The position numbers and the translations under genes are program-made. DNA of 64,000 nucleotides from Camelus dromedarius (taxonomy: Eukaryota). Positions 26,111 through 38,912 of this stretch are shown here, in pieces (the stretch's first letter is position 1; each line of letters opens with the position of its first letter). The stretch lies in the NCBI RefSeq assembly GCF_036321535.1, contig NC_087441.1:18662001-18726000 (forward strand), written 5' to 3'. The notes below the pieces were generated by a model, which worked only from the letters and a program-made list of their open reading frames with translations, searched no databases and had not been told where the DNA came from.

Positions 26111-26179
26111 TTTACAAAAATACTGTGACAGCAAGAAACAGAGTGAATGTGTGAGAGTGTGTGTGCATGTATGTGTGTG

Positions 26180-26590
26180 TGTAGGGTTGGATTTCAATTA
26201 GGTTAATCAGGGAAGTCTTCTCTGAACAAGCTCCATTGAAACTGAGGAAAGATGGGAAGCTTGCCATGCAAATAGTGGGTGGAGGAGCGTTTCACAGAGC
26301 AGAGAGCAACCCACACGTGCAAGAATCTTGGGGAAGGAGAGGAAGAAGTTCACCATGACTGCAGTCCAGTCGCCTGAGATGCACTGGGGAGGGGGACTGG
26401 GCCTTGTAAACTACAAAATGAGACGAGGTCTTTAACTAGTATGAGGGCTGAAACAGAAAGAAAACACATGCCAAAGACATTTTGGGGGAAAAATCAAACG
26501 GATCCGATAAATGATACGCAGGACTTAAAAAAAAAATGAATCAGTGACCATACAGATGAAATACTGGGTAATTAGGAGAGAGATGATGCC
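26180..26590 (-). mobile_element. L2 fragment
   Basis: tcagggaagtcttctctgaa...gggactgggccttgtaaac...aaagacattttgggggaaaaatcaa. Confidence 0.6.
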
Positions 26591-27729
26591 AAAGACAGAG
26601 AAGGGGAAATGAATTAAGTTCTGGGCTTAAAATTCTGAAATGTAAAGTCAAAATCATCCTGGAGATCATTTAGTACCAAATCATATTCTCGTGAGGATAT
26701 CAGAGAACCAGGAAAGTTAGTGACCAGCCACAGGTCACTTAGGCACTAAGATCTATGAGGTGAGAGACGGAAGTCATTATCTAAATCCAAATGTTCAGAA
26801 GGTATTCATTCAGACACATGAGGAGACTTTCAACTGACAAAGTAATTTAAAGAGAAATTCACAAATTACTTGCTGACCACCTAATGCTCTGCAGCACGTG
26901 TTTGTGGAAAGAGCAAGAGAGGAAGGTTGGCTATTAGTGTTCACTGGAAAGTAGAAGGCTGCAGGATACGTCAGAGTAGATGATTACAACTTGGCCACAT
27001 TTTATTTCTTATTAACTTAACTCAGCCTCTAAGGCATTAATGAAAGCATGCAAATGAAGAAGTTAATGTTAATACACTTGCTCTTAATCAAACAGCAAAT
27101 GGCTTCTGCAATCCTTCTCACACCACCCTGAGCCCTAAACAGAAGAGATTATTTTACCTACACAACATGAAAGGTTAAGTGAAATCTCTCTCCTTTTTAA
27201 AAGAAAACTTTTTAAAGCCATAAAAAGTAAAATGTCCCATCTTTCTAACAAAAGGAACCCCAATCTGATGAAGTGATTCTAAAACTAAAAGGTAAACACA
27301 GAAGATGACGTGAGCCATTTAAAAGGGTGCATCATGAATGCAGGATAATAACCACACTACTGGAGACAATGCTTCTCAGCAAATTTTCAGTTATAAAACA
27401 TTAGGGCTCTTCCGCAGTATCACTCGATTTTTCAAAACTACTAGAAAGAGCTATTGGTTCACAATTTGGCCCCACCCCTTGCTCTCTCTTCTTCAATAAT
27501 TTTTTTTCTTTTTCTGTAAATTATACTGTTTTTTGAAATGGAGAAAATAAAAGAAGTGGTACCTACTCCAAAGAAAATCTGAAATAGTAAGTCCTCTGAA
27601 CCTCAGAAAAGAAAAACACTGCTATGCTGATTCAAGACTATTATCATTATATGAGAATTTACTAACATTAAAAAAAAACTTGAATAAAAATAATTGATAA
27701 TGCCAAAACAAAATGAGAAGGAAAAATTA

Positions 27730-27925
27730 TAATAATGATAGCTGCTTCTTGTTGAGTGTTTATTAATATTATTTTATACACTCTGAATTTACTATCTTTA
27801 TAAAGTGGGTGGTTTTATCCAGATTTTGCAAATAAAACTGAGATTGAAAGGGTAAGTAACCAACCCAGAACAAGCAGTAACAGGGCTGAAATTTAAGCTT
27901 CAAAGCCCACGCTTTCTACCTCTCT
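27730..27925 (-). mobile_element. MIR SINE fragment
   Basis: aataatgatagctgcttcttgttgagtg...ttttgcaaataaaactgaga...gggctgaaatttaagc. Confidence 0.6.
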
Positions 27926-28703
27926 AAAACGTACTTATCATTTTGAAGTCCATGTGTATTTTTTGATTGCTTTGTTGCTAAAACGTTAGACCAAATGACT
28001 TTTAAGGTCTTATTCCAACTGTTAAAATTCCCTCATTTTATGAATTATGAGGACTGGTGAGACTAAAACAAAATAAGATAAAATATGGATTGATTCAAGA
28101 CAGGATAATTCAGGAAGAAAATTTCATGACTCCTGAAAAAAAAAACCTCATTTATATTCTGATGAATAAGCCCACTGTGAGACTATAAATGAAAAACTCA
28201 CCAAGTTACATTATCAATTATTCCTCCTAAATGAAAGGGAAAATAAATCTTATATTCTGATGGTCCTTGTGAGAACATAATGGTACGAATCCATTTTTTA
28301 ATGGCAAAAAAAAGAAAATTAGTACTTAGAACAGAACTAAGCTGACATAAGAAAAACCATCTTTAGCACACGACAACAATGATAAAAGACGACGACCAGG
28401 TGATGAAGAAACGTAGGTCCTGAAGCATATTATACAGCAGCATGATCACAGCCCTAGACCCCTACCCCAGCCTTACTGTATGAAACAATATCTTTTCCTG
28501 CTTAGTAAAATCAGTGAAGTTATGGTTTTCCAGTACGTGCCTTTGACATGTGACGGCATGCTAACTGACAAACTGAATTTCTGATGCTGAGTCATCAAGA
28601 TGTTCTCAGTCAAGAAAAAAAATCCTCTGGGAGTGTTTTTATCTAGTACCTAAGAGAAAACAAATATGGCAAGTCAAACATATCAGTAAAAATTTACCTG
28701 TAC

Positions 28704-28864
28704 CTGTATGTTCATTTCTCCTTCTTCACATTCTTNNNNNNNNNNNNNNNNNNNNNNNNNNNNNNNNNNNNNNNNNNNNNNNNNNNNNNNNNNNNNNNNN
28801 NNNNNNNNNNNNNNNNNNNNNNNNNNNNNNNNNNNNNNNNNNNNNNNNNNNNNNNNNNNNNNNN
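28704..28864 (-). CDS. UTRN: UTRN exon 9 (expected 161 nt), mostly inside an N-run; only the last 32 nt are visible (..ECEEGEMNIQ)
   Basis: Visible AAGAATGTGAAGAAGGAGAAATGAACATACAG|gtacag at 28735-28698. A pyrimidine tract (ttcttattttcttccacttt) runs into the far side of the gap. The 5' boundary is inferred from the expected exon length. Confidence 0.85.
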
Positions 28865-28867
28865 NNN
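28736..28867. other. Assembly gap / N-run (132 N) covering most of UTRN exon 9
   Basis: Seen directly. Confidence 0.99.
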
Positions 28868-29569
28868 AAAGTGGAAGAAAATAAGAACCAGCCTAAATTA
28901 GATGTCCAAAATATGTGAACTGCTCAATATTAGATATAAAATAACTGTCTTTACTACCCGTAAACAATACTAGTATATCATCTTTATGATACCACAGCTC
29001 AGTAAATTTCTATTTCATATAATATATGAGACAAAGGTAAAGATGATTACCTACTTATTTTTGTTCAGTATCCCATGTCTTAAAAATCTTTCTGAGAAGC
29101 TTCCCCAAACGCTCAAAGATAAGCTATCATTTAAGATAATGTCATAGATTTTATTCTCATCATGAACATAAATCTAGAATTCAACCTTGCAATATTTGTA
29201 AGTAAAATTTTCAGATCGTATATACAAAGTTCATGCAAAAACACATTTTAATGAAATAAAGCAAATACTAGATTGTTTATCTAATAATAGTATTTTCCTA
29301 AAACTTTAAATCTTATGCTGGCATTAACTATTCTCCAATGATGTAATTAGATTTCCTCCTAAAGATTCCTAGAAATTGTTAAATGCAAAAGTACTAATAA
29401 CTTGTCTTCGATAAAATGGCTTGCACCACACTTCAAAAAGAGAAACACTCTTCAATTCTCATAATTCTTTTTAAAAAGTAGGAACAGCAACAAGAAAAAA
29501 CCCCACTGCTTTTCAAGGATTCAAAATTGTAAAGCAAAGTCATGGCTGAAATTAAACACTGAACAGTAC

Positions 29570-29685
29570 CTTCAGGATCTAACAGCTTCTCAATTCCCAA
29601 ATAAGTTTGAGCCTTGCTGAAGGCATGTTCAAGTCTCTCAATTGGGGACATTTTGACAACTCTATCCCAGCTGAAGAGATCAGGT
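29570..29685 (-). CDS. UTRN: UTRN exon 8 (116 nt): [38 protein letters not shown]
   Basis: cag|ACCTGAT...GAAG|gtactg; phase 2 in, phase 1 out. Confidence 0.96.
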
Positions 29686-30299
29686 CTGAAATCAGCATGC
29701 AAATAAAATTCAGTGCAGATAAAATACGTGGAAACAAAGTCATTATTGTTATAATCTAACACATTTCAGTTTTAGATCTTCTTATTTGTGAGTATAAAAT
29801 TTTAAAGTTTACTTCTTATATCGCAAAGGATTGTCAAATGTATGTTTTAAGATAATCTATAAATATGAAAACAGCAGGTGAACTATTCTAAGGTTTTGTA
29901 ATGGTTATATATGCCTGTTAAAATTTTGGGATAACCACTAAAAGACTAGAAATGGTGTTTTTCCCATGTAGTGAAAAAAAAAAAAAAAGGGAGGAGGAAC
30001 CTATCAGTATAAGACAAGAAAGAAAAAAAGATACAGAAAAAGCAAGAAAAATGAGAAGCTCAAAATAAGTGGTAAAAAGTGAACTGAAATACATCAATTA
30101 TCACAATCACTGTTGATGGACCAAATTCTCCAGCCAAAAGACCAAGATTAGCAGGATAGAAAATCTAGCTCCAGTCTCTTCACAGGATGCTTCTAAAGCA
30201 AAGGCCCTGAGAGAACTTCCCTCCACCCCTCTCCACACACCTATTGCATACTATTTCATTTCAATCTTGATTTTCTTTTAATCCATGAAACTAAACATC

Positions 30300-30715
30300 C
30301 CTGTTGTTCTGACTCACCCCAAAATTGACCATTTTCTTTGTGCTTTATCTGTTCCTGCATGTTGGACCCACCTACCTTCCAGGATTTGCCCACTCACCTC
30401 CACCCCCAGTTCCCTCTCAGACTTCATCTCCCGTGACTCCCCTTACTCACGTCACTAAACCCAGCAGCCTCCCACATGCCAGCATCTCCTCCCCTCCTGC
30501 CTGATGGATTTTTCTTCAGCATATTTACCACTTCTATATGCTACACAACTCACATTTTCTTTTTTTTTTTAATTGTCTGCCTCCCTGTATTTGAACATAA
30601 ACTCCAAGAGGGAAGACTGAGATGTTTGCTTGTTTTGTTCTCTGCTCTACATCCTGTTCCTAGCACACAGCAGGCACTCCACACATACTTGTTAAGTCAA
30701 TTAAGAAATAGCTGA
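30300..30715 (+). mobile_element. L2 3' end
   Basis: gaacataaactccaagaggg...ctgctctacatcctgttcctagcacacagcaggcactccacacatacttgtt. Confidence 0.75.
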
Positions 30716-30719
30716 AAAA

Positions 30720-31270
30720 GTGTGTTAGCTAAAATTCAAGTTTTCTGATAACATCTCTTAACCAACTGTTAAACAGAGGGCAACCTCCTTAAACTGATAA
30801 AAGAGAAGTAAAAGAAGATTGAGTGTGGGTGTTTTTTAAACCAGATAAAAAGCATATCAAAAAGCTACAGCAAATAACAGTCCCGTGGTAAAACATTAAA
30901 ACCACTCCCTCTGCTATCAAGAACAAGACGTTCTGCCCACTATCACAAATTCAATTCACTATTGTATTAAAGGACAAGACGCAGATGAAGGGGAAAGAAA
31001 AGAGAGGGGAAAGGAAGGCAGAAGAGGGGAGAAGAGAGGACGGGAAGGGAAGAGAGGAGAGGAGAGAAAACTACTACAATTCCTGGACAGTCTGCAGAGA
31101 AAAAAAAAACAACACAGTAACAAATTTAAAATTCGTAAGAATTTAACAAGTGTTCAAATACAAGATGTAGAAAAGTCAACTGCATTTTTATATATCAGCA
31201 AAGAACATAGAGGAAATAAAACTTGAGACAATAAATAATTTACAAGAGTGATAAAACACATAACACATTT
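30720..31270 (+). mobile_element. Old L1 ORF2 fragments with an embedded purine-rich tract (about 30990-31070)
   Basis: acagagggcaacctccttaaactgataaaa..., acattaaaaccactccctctg.., tacaagatgtagaaaagtcaactgcatttttatatatcagc. Confidence 0.65.
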
Positions 31271-32084
31271 TGCCTTTCACACTGAAATCCTTGCTGTATC
31301 TGGAATCTATCCTGGGTATGCTGAGGCAAGGAACCGATCCACTCATTTCCATTTGTTCCAAATTATAGATTAATCTGAAATATGGGTTCAGTTGTGGAAG
31401 AGGATGGAGCTATTTCTGAGCTCTTTACTCTGTTAGGTTGAACTATACAAAACTGCCATTCTTATAGGTCAAAAACAGTCAAATACTGGCAATTTCATAC
31501 ACTTCAACCTATTATTATATTATTGTATTTATTTACAGTACTATAAAAGAGTCTCAATTTATAACTTCATATTAGTTTTGGTTTCTGTTTGGGAAATACT
31601 TCAGCCTGCTTCTTCTCCTTCAGGAGTGTATTGGCTCGTTTTGGTCCTTTGGTCTTTTATTATATAATTAGAATCTGTTCACAACTTTCATGAACAAAGT
31701 CATTTGTCTACTTTTAATTGAGATCACATTGAATTTCTGAAGTTTTTCTTTTAGTACGAGGCTGAAAACTAACACAGTTCTTTGTGTACATTAGTTAGTG
31801 CTGAATGAGTGGGCTTAAACTATGTGAATTATTTTACATTTTTTAACTTATAAATATGTAGAAGAAACCACGGACGTTGCACTGTGGCCTCTAAGTCCTA
31901 TGAAAATAAAGACGGGATGGGCAGTTTTCTTCCACGCTATTTCTTTTCTTTATGTTTTGGTAGAGCTTGTGCAGAGAAGAGCGGTGGTAGTGCGGAGGGG
32001 CTTTAGGGAGGAGTAAGATAGGAGGGACAGGGAGGAGGGACAAATGTGTACAAGTCTTCACATCTAAGAAGAGTCACATCTCAC

Positions 32085-32257
32085 TTATGTCGGTGGAGCA
32101 CAGCGTTAAAGGCAAGCCCATCCGTCCAGCTGGTGGTGAAGTTGAGGACGTTGACCTGGCTGTACGGCCTCGTGGACTGGCGCACCCAGCTCAGCAAGAT
32201 CTTCTCACTGTTCGTCTGCTGCAGGTCTGACATGATATCCTTCATGACATCTTTTAC
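32085..32257 (-). CDS. UTRN: UTRN exon 7 (173 nt), CH2: [57 protein letters not shown](K)
   Basis: cag|GTAAAA...CATAA|gtgaga; matches ORF 32081..32275. Confidence 0.97.
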
Positions 32258-32699
32258 CTGTTCAAAAGAAACCATGCCTGCCTATAACTTACAGTAGTTA
32301 CTGGAATTAAGTCCTTGAAGAAGGAATATTGTATTCATCAACCATTATGGGTCAGGTCATCGGTACACAATTTATTTCAAAAGTTTCCTTTAAATACCAG
32401 AAAGGTACATATATTTTTAACAGTCATGATTTGGGGGGTACTAGAATTTGGAGGTGATTTTAACCTCACCTTTATACACTGTGGCATTTTCTATATCTTA
32501 GCCAATACTTATATTACATTTGGTTACAGTAAACACTACTTTCATAGCCACAAAAAAAGTAATATTTTAAAACTCTACATTTTCTAATATCGTTTAGTAG
32601 GAAGAAAACTCAGTTTTTATTTTCTACAGAATTGAGAAAGAAGGGAAGAACTTTTGGCTGACTACAAAATCCAAGAATAAAGTGCATTTCCTGATGGTA

Positions 32700-33920
32700 A
32701 TAACAATTATAAACTAGAACTAATATTTTATACTATTATTCTAAAGCAGTACATCTGTCTTAAGGAAGTGTTCAAAATGATGTGGACATATCAAGAAAAA
32801 AAAACACAAGAGCCAACTTAAGCGAGCTTGTAAAATAAAAATGATAGTGAAAGATCATAACCTATTAAATAAGTGTACACAGATATATAAATGAAGGATG
32901 GATAGAAAGATACATACATACAGACATACATACATACATAGATAAACCAGAGACAAGGGGAAGCTCATCCTTACAAGTGGAAAAACAATTAACAAATTTC
33001 AAAGAAATGATGAAATTAAAAAATCACTTTGCCAAGCATCATCATAATACTTGATCAGGTAAGAACTATGAATAGATCTTAAAATTAATAGACAAAAGTT
33101 AGATAAGTAGCTGAATATTTACACAGTCTCAAAGTATAACCCCACAAGACACCTTTTAATAACAAAAGGCAGTCATATTACAGTGAAGACACCTGCAGAT
33201 TGCTTCTTGCCCTAATGATGAGCCTTAACACTACCAGGAGAAACCTAATGTGCAACACGTGCTTCCTGGTGTATTAAGCAGAACTCAACATCACTTTTGT
33301 GGCATTCCTCCCAAAAATGAGTAACCTGAATCTAATCACAAGTAACTATCAGCCAAACCCACATGGAAGAACATTCTACAAAGTAACTGTTCAGTACTCT
33401 TCAAAAATGTCAACATCAAATGTCAGCAAAGAAAGACTCAGAAATTATTCCAGATTAAAGATGACGAAAGAGACAAGATAAATGAATGTACTGCATGAGC
33501 TGGTATTTTCTTTCTCTTTAAGGATATTATTGGGGCAATTGACAAAAATCTCCATAAAATCAATAATTAAATAATTGTATTATTTCAATATGCTCCTGAT
33601 TTTAATAATTACATACCATTTGTTAGAGCATAATATAATACTTATATGCATAATTAATATCAGCATCATAAATATTAATATCATACACTTCACATGATGA
33701 TAATATTAGTTATGTAAGAGAACTCCCTGTTTTTAGAAAAATGACTTATTTTTACAAAATATACACTGAAGTATTTAGTCAAAGAGAAAGAGAGGGAAAG
33801 AGAACACAGAAATATAGACAGCTATTAACTTGGAGAATCTGAGTGAAAGGTATCCAGGAATTCTTTGAGCTATTTTTGCAACTTTTTAGTAAGTCTGAAA
33901 TATTTTTAATTTAATATTTA
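32700..33920 (+). mobile_element. L1MC-like 3' UTR
   Basis: caacatcacttttgtggcattcctcccaaaaatgagtaacctgaatctaatca...aggtatccaggaattctttgagctatttttgcaactttt. Confidence 0.75.
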
Positions 33921-33986
33921 AAAAACAGATTTTTTTTTCCTATGCCAGGAAAACAGAGCAGTTTGTCAGGCTTTTTCATTCTAAAT

Positions 33987-34176
33987 TATTTTAAGTTGAA
34001 TTGTGTCCCCTCCCCAAATTCATATGTTGAGGTCCTAACCCCCAGCATCTCATAATATGAATGTATTTAGAAATAGGATCTTTAAAGAATTAGTTAAGGC
34101 AAAATGAGATCATATGGGTTGGCCCTAATCCAATAAGACTGGTGTCTTAGAATAAGCAAAGGAGATTAGGACACGG

Positions 34177-34231
<55 letters not shown>

Positions 34232-34406
34232 GGGAAGGCCATGTGAGGACACAGGAGGAAGGCAGCCACCTACAAGCAAAGAAGAAACAAACCTTGCTGA
34301 CACCCTGACCTCAGATTTCTAGCCTCCAAAACTGTGAGAAAATGAATTTGTTGTTGAAGCCACCCAGCCTGGTACTTTGTGGCAGCAGCTCTAAGAGATG
34401 AATACA
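33987..34406 (+). mobile_element. MaLR solo LTR (MLT1A/B-like) with an internal (CA)n; ends about 50 bp from the exon 6 donor
   Basis: gttgaattgtgtcccctccccaaattcatatgttgaggtcctaaccccca...ccttgctgacaccctgacctcagatttctagcctccaaaactgtgaga...gcagcagctctaagagatgaataca. Confidence 0.9.
34177..34228. repeat. (CA)n microsatellite, about 26 units with one interruption
   Basis: Seen directly. Confidence 0.98.
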
Positions 34407-34455
34407 CAGACGATGCATTTGCAATTCCTATTAAGAAGTGATCGACAGTCCCCAC

Positions 34456-34548
34456 CTGCCAGTGCAGAATGATGCTCCAGAGCAATCCCAAAGTCAGTTT
34501 GTGGTTTCCATCTACAATGTCCGTGCCTCCGATATTCACTAGATCCAC
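34456..34548 (-). CDS. UTRN: UTRN exon 6 (93 nt): [31 protein letters not shown] (end of CH1)
   Basis: tag|GTGGAT...TGGCAG|gtgggg; matches ORF 34270..34548. Confidence 0.97.
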
Positions 34549-34891
34549 CTATTAAAATGAAAAAATAACTTTTAAGACAATTTTCCCACAGAAGCCCAGG
34601 TTTTTGTTTTAGGCCATTTGGAACAGCAACTTAAGTAAACAATAAGAAAAATTTCACCTTAGAGAATCAAGTAAATCTAAATCTCAAAAATGTATTACTT
34701 ATACAAGAGACTGATAAAGTAATCAGAAAGAGCACAACGATTCCTTCACTCACAGAAAAGGTTCAATACTTCTCATAAGAAAAGTTTTTCCAAAAAATCA
34801 GTTGATGCTAATGCCCAGAGCACATGGCTGGTTTCATAATGCATCATCCCGATGGCATCAAAGAACCCCCAAAGTCACATGACAAACTTAC

Positions 34892-34969
34892 ATTGTTCTG
34901 ATGTAAAACCTGCAGCACTCTGTTGACATTATTTAAAGCATGTACCCTGGTGGAACCACGTTCCTTCGG
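34892..34969 (-). CDS. UTRN: UTRN exon 5 (78 nt): [26 protein letters not shown]
   Basis: cag|CCGAAG...AACAAT|gtaagt. Confidence 0.97.
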
Positions 34970-35164
34970 CTGGAAAACAAATCACAAAATCAAATGAGAC
35001 AGAGTCCTTCCACATTTGCCATCAAACACTGACATTGAGATGTACATGGAACAGCAGCTCTGAAAGCAGAGCCCCTCTGTGCCAGGAGCTCTGGCTGGGT
35101 TCTCAGGCCACCCTGGAGGCTGGCATTGACAGAATGCAAATTCTCCTACTAATATCTTAAAAGA

Positions 35165-35350
35165 GTAGTTCCTTCACTTGCCTGAACGCTGGAATCTCCC
35201 AGAGAGCCTCCAAAAATACCAACCCCTGTGTCCGATCCCACCCCCAATCCCGTGATCTAATGAGTGCAGAGTGTAGTCTGGGTTTGAAATGTGTAAAAGA
35301 TTTCCTTGGTGGTTCTAATGTGCAAATTGCAAACAAGTTTGGGAACCAAT
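35165..35350. mobile_element. MER5A (hAT-Charlie) MITE
   Basis: ggaatctcccagagagcc...gatttccttggtggttctaatgtgca...aagtttgggaaccaatg. Confidence 0.75.
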
Positions 35351-36163
35351 GCTCCAGGGACAAAGCTTCTTTTATCTTAATTGCACTGGACCCCCAAAAA
35401 TTTAGAAGTTGTGTCACCTCCATCCTACACTAGAGAGATCAGAAGTGCTGTCCCAGGTTCCAGGTAGCGTTACAGGGCCCAATGCCACCCCGGGGAAGGG
35501 CGAATGGAAGGCTTCTTTCTGCCTCACTGGCCAGGGAATCTTATCTGAGACAGGGATCGGCCTCTCCCATAGGTGCCTACCCACCATCTGGGAGGCAAAA
35601 AGTAGAGAGTTACGCCCCACTCTTTGGCAGGAAAGAAATTCATTTTCAAGAGTGTATCCCTCTATACTTTCTATAGTAATTCTACCTCTAGTGTTAAAGT
35701 TTATACCCACAAAATGTATCCTCTTCATTAGCAGAGTTATTTCTTTGTGCATATAAAGTCATAGAGCTGGATTTGATGAACAAAATGAAGATAATACTGA
35801 AAATCTGAATAAAAATAAATGCCATCAGTTTTTAATGACTTTTTTTTTACTATTTGTTGAATAATATTACATGTATTTGTATATTTTCTACTGTTGAAAA
35901 CATTGTGCCCTCTTCACATATCCATTCTTCTTTGTGATTCTCTACAAACTGAGAGCAGTAATCATATAGTAATTGTTTTATAAAAATGAAGCCCTCTTAA
36001 AGCCTAAATATTGCTCTATATCAAAGAATTCATTAAAACCCTTTTTTTTAATGTTCCTATTTCAGCCTCTACATTGTAAGTGCCCCCAGAAGGTCTTCAA
36101 GTATTAGTATCAGTAATGACAAGACACTCCATTAGCTTGGTTATCCGAGATGACACCTCTCAC

Positions 36164-36256
36164 CAGTGAGGTTCCTGTGAGGCCTTCGAGAAGATCCAGT
36201 AGCTTCCTTCCATCTTTGAGGTCTGTGAACATATCACTGATGGGTGGTTTTCCACT
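36164..36256 (-). CDS. UTRN: UTRN exon 4 (93 nt): [31 protein letters not shown]
   Basis: tag|AGTGGA...TCACTG|gtgaga; not in the ORF track, read directly. Confidence 0.97.
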
Positions 36257-36519
36257 CTATAAAAGAAAAAATACAATTTCAGCAGCAGAAACTCCATACA
36301 CAAGCGGCGAATAAATGAATGGTTTCATTTCTTTCCAATTAAAAGTCTGGATGATCAGCAGGCTATTCAAGTTTGCCTTGTATGGAAAGAAGTACAATAC
36401 AGAGAACTTTGAAATCTATAACAAATGTCTGGAGCTGAAAGATATAAACTGCATTATTTCTTAGAAAGGGAGCAAATAAAGCTGTGATTAATGTCAATAT
36501 GCCTTGACTACGGTGTATA

Positions 36520-36733
36520 CAGTTGACCACTGAACAACACAGGTGAACTGCGCAGGTTCACTGACAGCTGGATTCGTCTCAGTAGTAAATACTACACTAC
36601 TGCACGACCCGCAGTTGGTGGAACCCACAGATGTGGAACTGGGATAGGAGGGGGCCGACTATAAATTATTTGTGGATTTTTAACTCTGCGGGGTTGGTGC
36701 CCCTAATTTCCTGTGTTGCTCAAGGGACCACTG
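36520..36733 (+). mobile_element. Complete Tigger2-derived MITE with TA target-site duplication
   Basis: ta|cagttgaccactgaacaacacagg ... cctgtgttgctcaagggaccactg|ta; the 24-bp TIRs match at 19/24 positions. Confidence 0.88.
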
Positions 36734-37169
36734 TATTCCTGAGAAGGAAGCTGTGTTAAAAATTTAAATGAGCATACAGCACCTGGGTGCAGAAACCAAA
36801 GAAAACTGTGTGGATTCCTATTCCACCTCGCACTTTGGTTTTCAGTATTTCCGTCATGGTAGCAGTTCATCTCCATCAGTTTCAGCTCTCCAATTTCAGC
36901 TCTCAAGCGTTAGGTCTGTATTTCTAGCTACTAGTTTCTGAATGGTTAGGACACTTCTGGCTGTGTCTAAATCAGGTATCATTCCTGTATTTTGAATGAC
37001 AAAACTTACAGAATTTCTACACTCTTGTCCCTGACTAATAAACAAGATCAACTTCCCCTGATAGACATGTTCTAGTATCTGATGCCAGAAAATCCTCCCC
37101 CATTAACAGGTAGTCCTTGACTGTCTGTGTATGATTTATGATTCCATGGTTGTACACAACAGGACCATT

Positions 37170-37355
37170 ACTGCACAGAAAGTCAGGAAGCCTCAGTTTT
37201 AATCCCAGTTTGACCATTAACTAAACCAGTGAACCTAAATCAGCTACTTAACCTTCTTATAAATCACAGGTTATTGTAAAGATCAAATAACTAACATTAG
37301 GTGAAAATGTCCAGAAAGTTATAAAGCACAGTATTATAAACGTTGTATTATTATG
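37170..37355 (+). mobile_element. MIR SINE fragment
   Basis: ttttaatcccagtttgaccattaact...acaggttattgtaaagatcaaataa. Confidence 0.6.
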
Positions 37356-37624
37356 TTGAGTCAAATTGTTCCCTCCTAATATGAAATCTCCAGAGATTTA
37401 GATCCTGTCAATAAGAAAAGCATCTTACAGTCAATAATTATTGTATCTTCTTTATTCTTCACTTTGAAAAAATATATACATAAAATCATATAAAGCAACA
37501 TTTTACTCAGCCTGAAATTGATGAGGGAGAAGGAAGCCATTCTGAAGTTTCCTAAAACTCTGCATTTTCCCTTATTTCCTCTCTTCTTCCTAATTTTTCA
37601 AAATTTTAATTCATTTACTTAGTT

Positions 37625-37768
37625 TAGGTTTTGTTTGTTTGTTTGTTTGGGGGGGGTAATTAGGTTTATTTATTTGTATTAATTTGTTTTTTAACAGAGG
37701 TGCTGGGAGTTGAACCCAGAACCTCATGCATGCTAAGCATGTACTCTACCACTGAGCTATACTCTCCC
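37625..37768 (-). mobile_element. tRNA-Ala-derived SINE (camelid-type)
   Basis: Reverse complement reads gggagagtatagctcagtggtagagtacatgcttagcatgcatgaggttctgggttcaactcccagcacc, followed by taaacctaattaccccc and an A-rich tail. Confidence 0.88.
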
Positions 37769-38799
37769 GTCTGTTTCTTATGTTTTTAATTATGTGTAAT
37801 AAACAGTTAATTGATGGTTTCTATCGTGTGGCTTTTCCATAGTTCATATATTGTAAGTGAGGATAAGAATGGTAAAGTTTTCACCATAGTATCAGTAAAG
37901 AATAAACTATGACTTATTTGTATCTGAAACAAAACTGGGACACAGAGGGGACACGACAAGCAAGAGGCAGAACCAGGATGTGATACCACAAACTCTGACT
38001 CCAAATCCATGTTCTCAAAGACTGTGCTAAACTGCTCCTAAAATAATGAGGGCATAGAACCGTGACATATAGGGAAGGAAATATTTAATCAGCGGTGGAG
38101 GGGGGGACAATAGAGAGGAATCTTTAATGACTTCCTGAAGAGGGCAATATGCCACACTGAAATGAACCCAAAAGGAAAATTATTCTCTTCCAAGCCCAAG
38201 GCTTTAAAGTATCTCTGGTGCTTTTGAATCACAGGCTCTAAATATGGATGGGATCCATCCTGGGAAACAGTTTGGAAATGTCAGAAGTCATTGTTTAATA
38301 AAAATAAGAACTGATTCAGCTTGACAGTTAAACTCTTATTTAGATTTTTAATTCTTTGCTAAGTCTTATTTGCAGAAACTTCTCTGACAGAGAGAATACA
38401 GTTTAATAATTCAATTGGACAAACATTTGGTGAATACCTCCTTTGTGCCTGGCCCTGCAGAAATGCCAAGTTCAGGTCACCCTCCCCCATTTACAAGTGA
38501 GGGTTTCCATAGTTTTCCAATAAATACAAAATAGTACAAATGAACAATCTCGAATTTGGAAGACAGATAAGCCTTGGGTCCCATTTAAGCATAAAAAAAC
38601 TCAAAAGGCAACCTTTTGTCCAGGCGTCCAGATGACAGAGGTGACTCGCTTTGGCTGCCTCCTTCCTCCCGTCCACTTTTCCCTGTACCATCTTTGAACT
38701 CTCTTAATGCCAGTCCTAACACCATTTTGACAAGGGGGACCACCATTAATACCTACAGCTGAGACACTGAAGCTCCTGAATTTAAAAATGTCAGAGGAC

Positions 38800-38878
38800 A
38801 GGGCAAACTGTCAGCACAACGCATGAGGGATAAGCCGCGGTCCATGAGAGGGCAGGGGCTGCAAACGCACAGATGGGG

Positions 38879-38912
<34 letters not shown>

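Noticed and set aside
32250-32262. AG|GT dual sites at the starts of exons 6, 7 and 17 as recursive splice sites
   Set aside because: The GT is forced by conserved Val codons, the introns are short, and use at exon 7 or 17 would frameshift.
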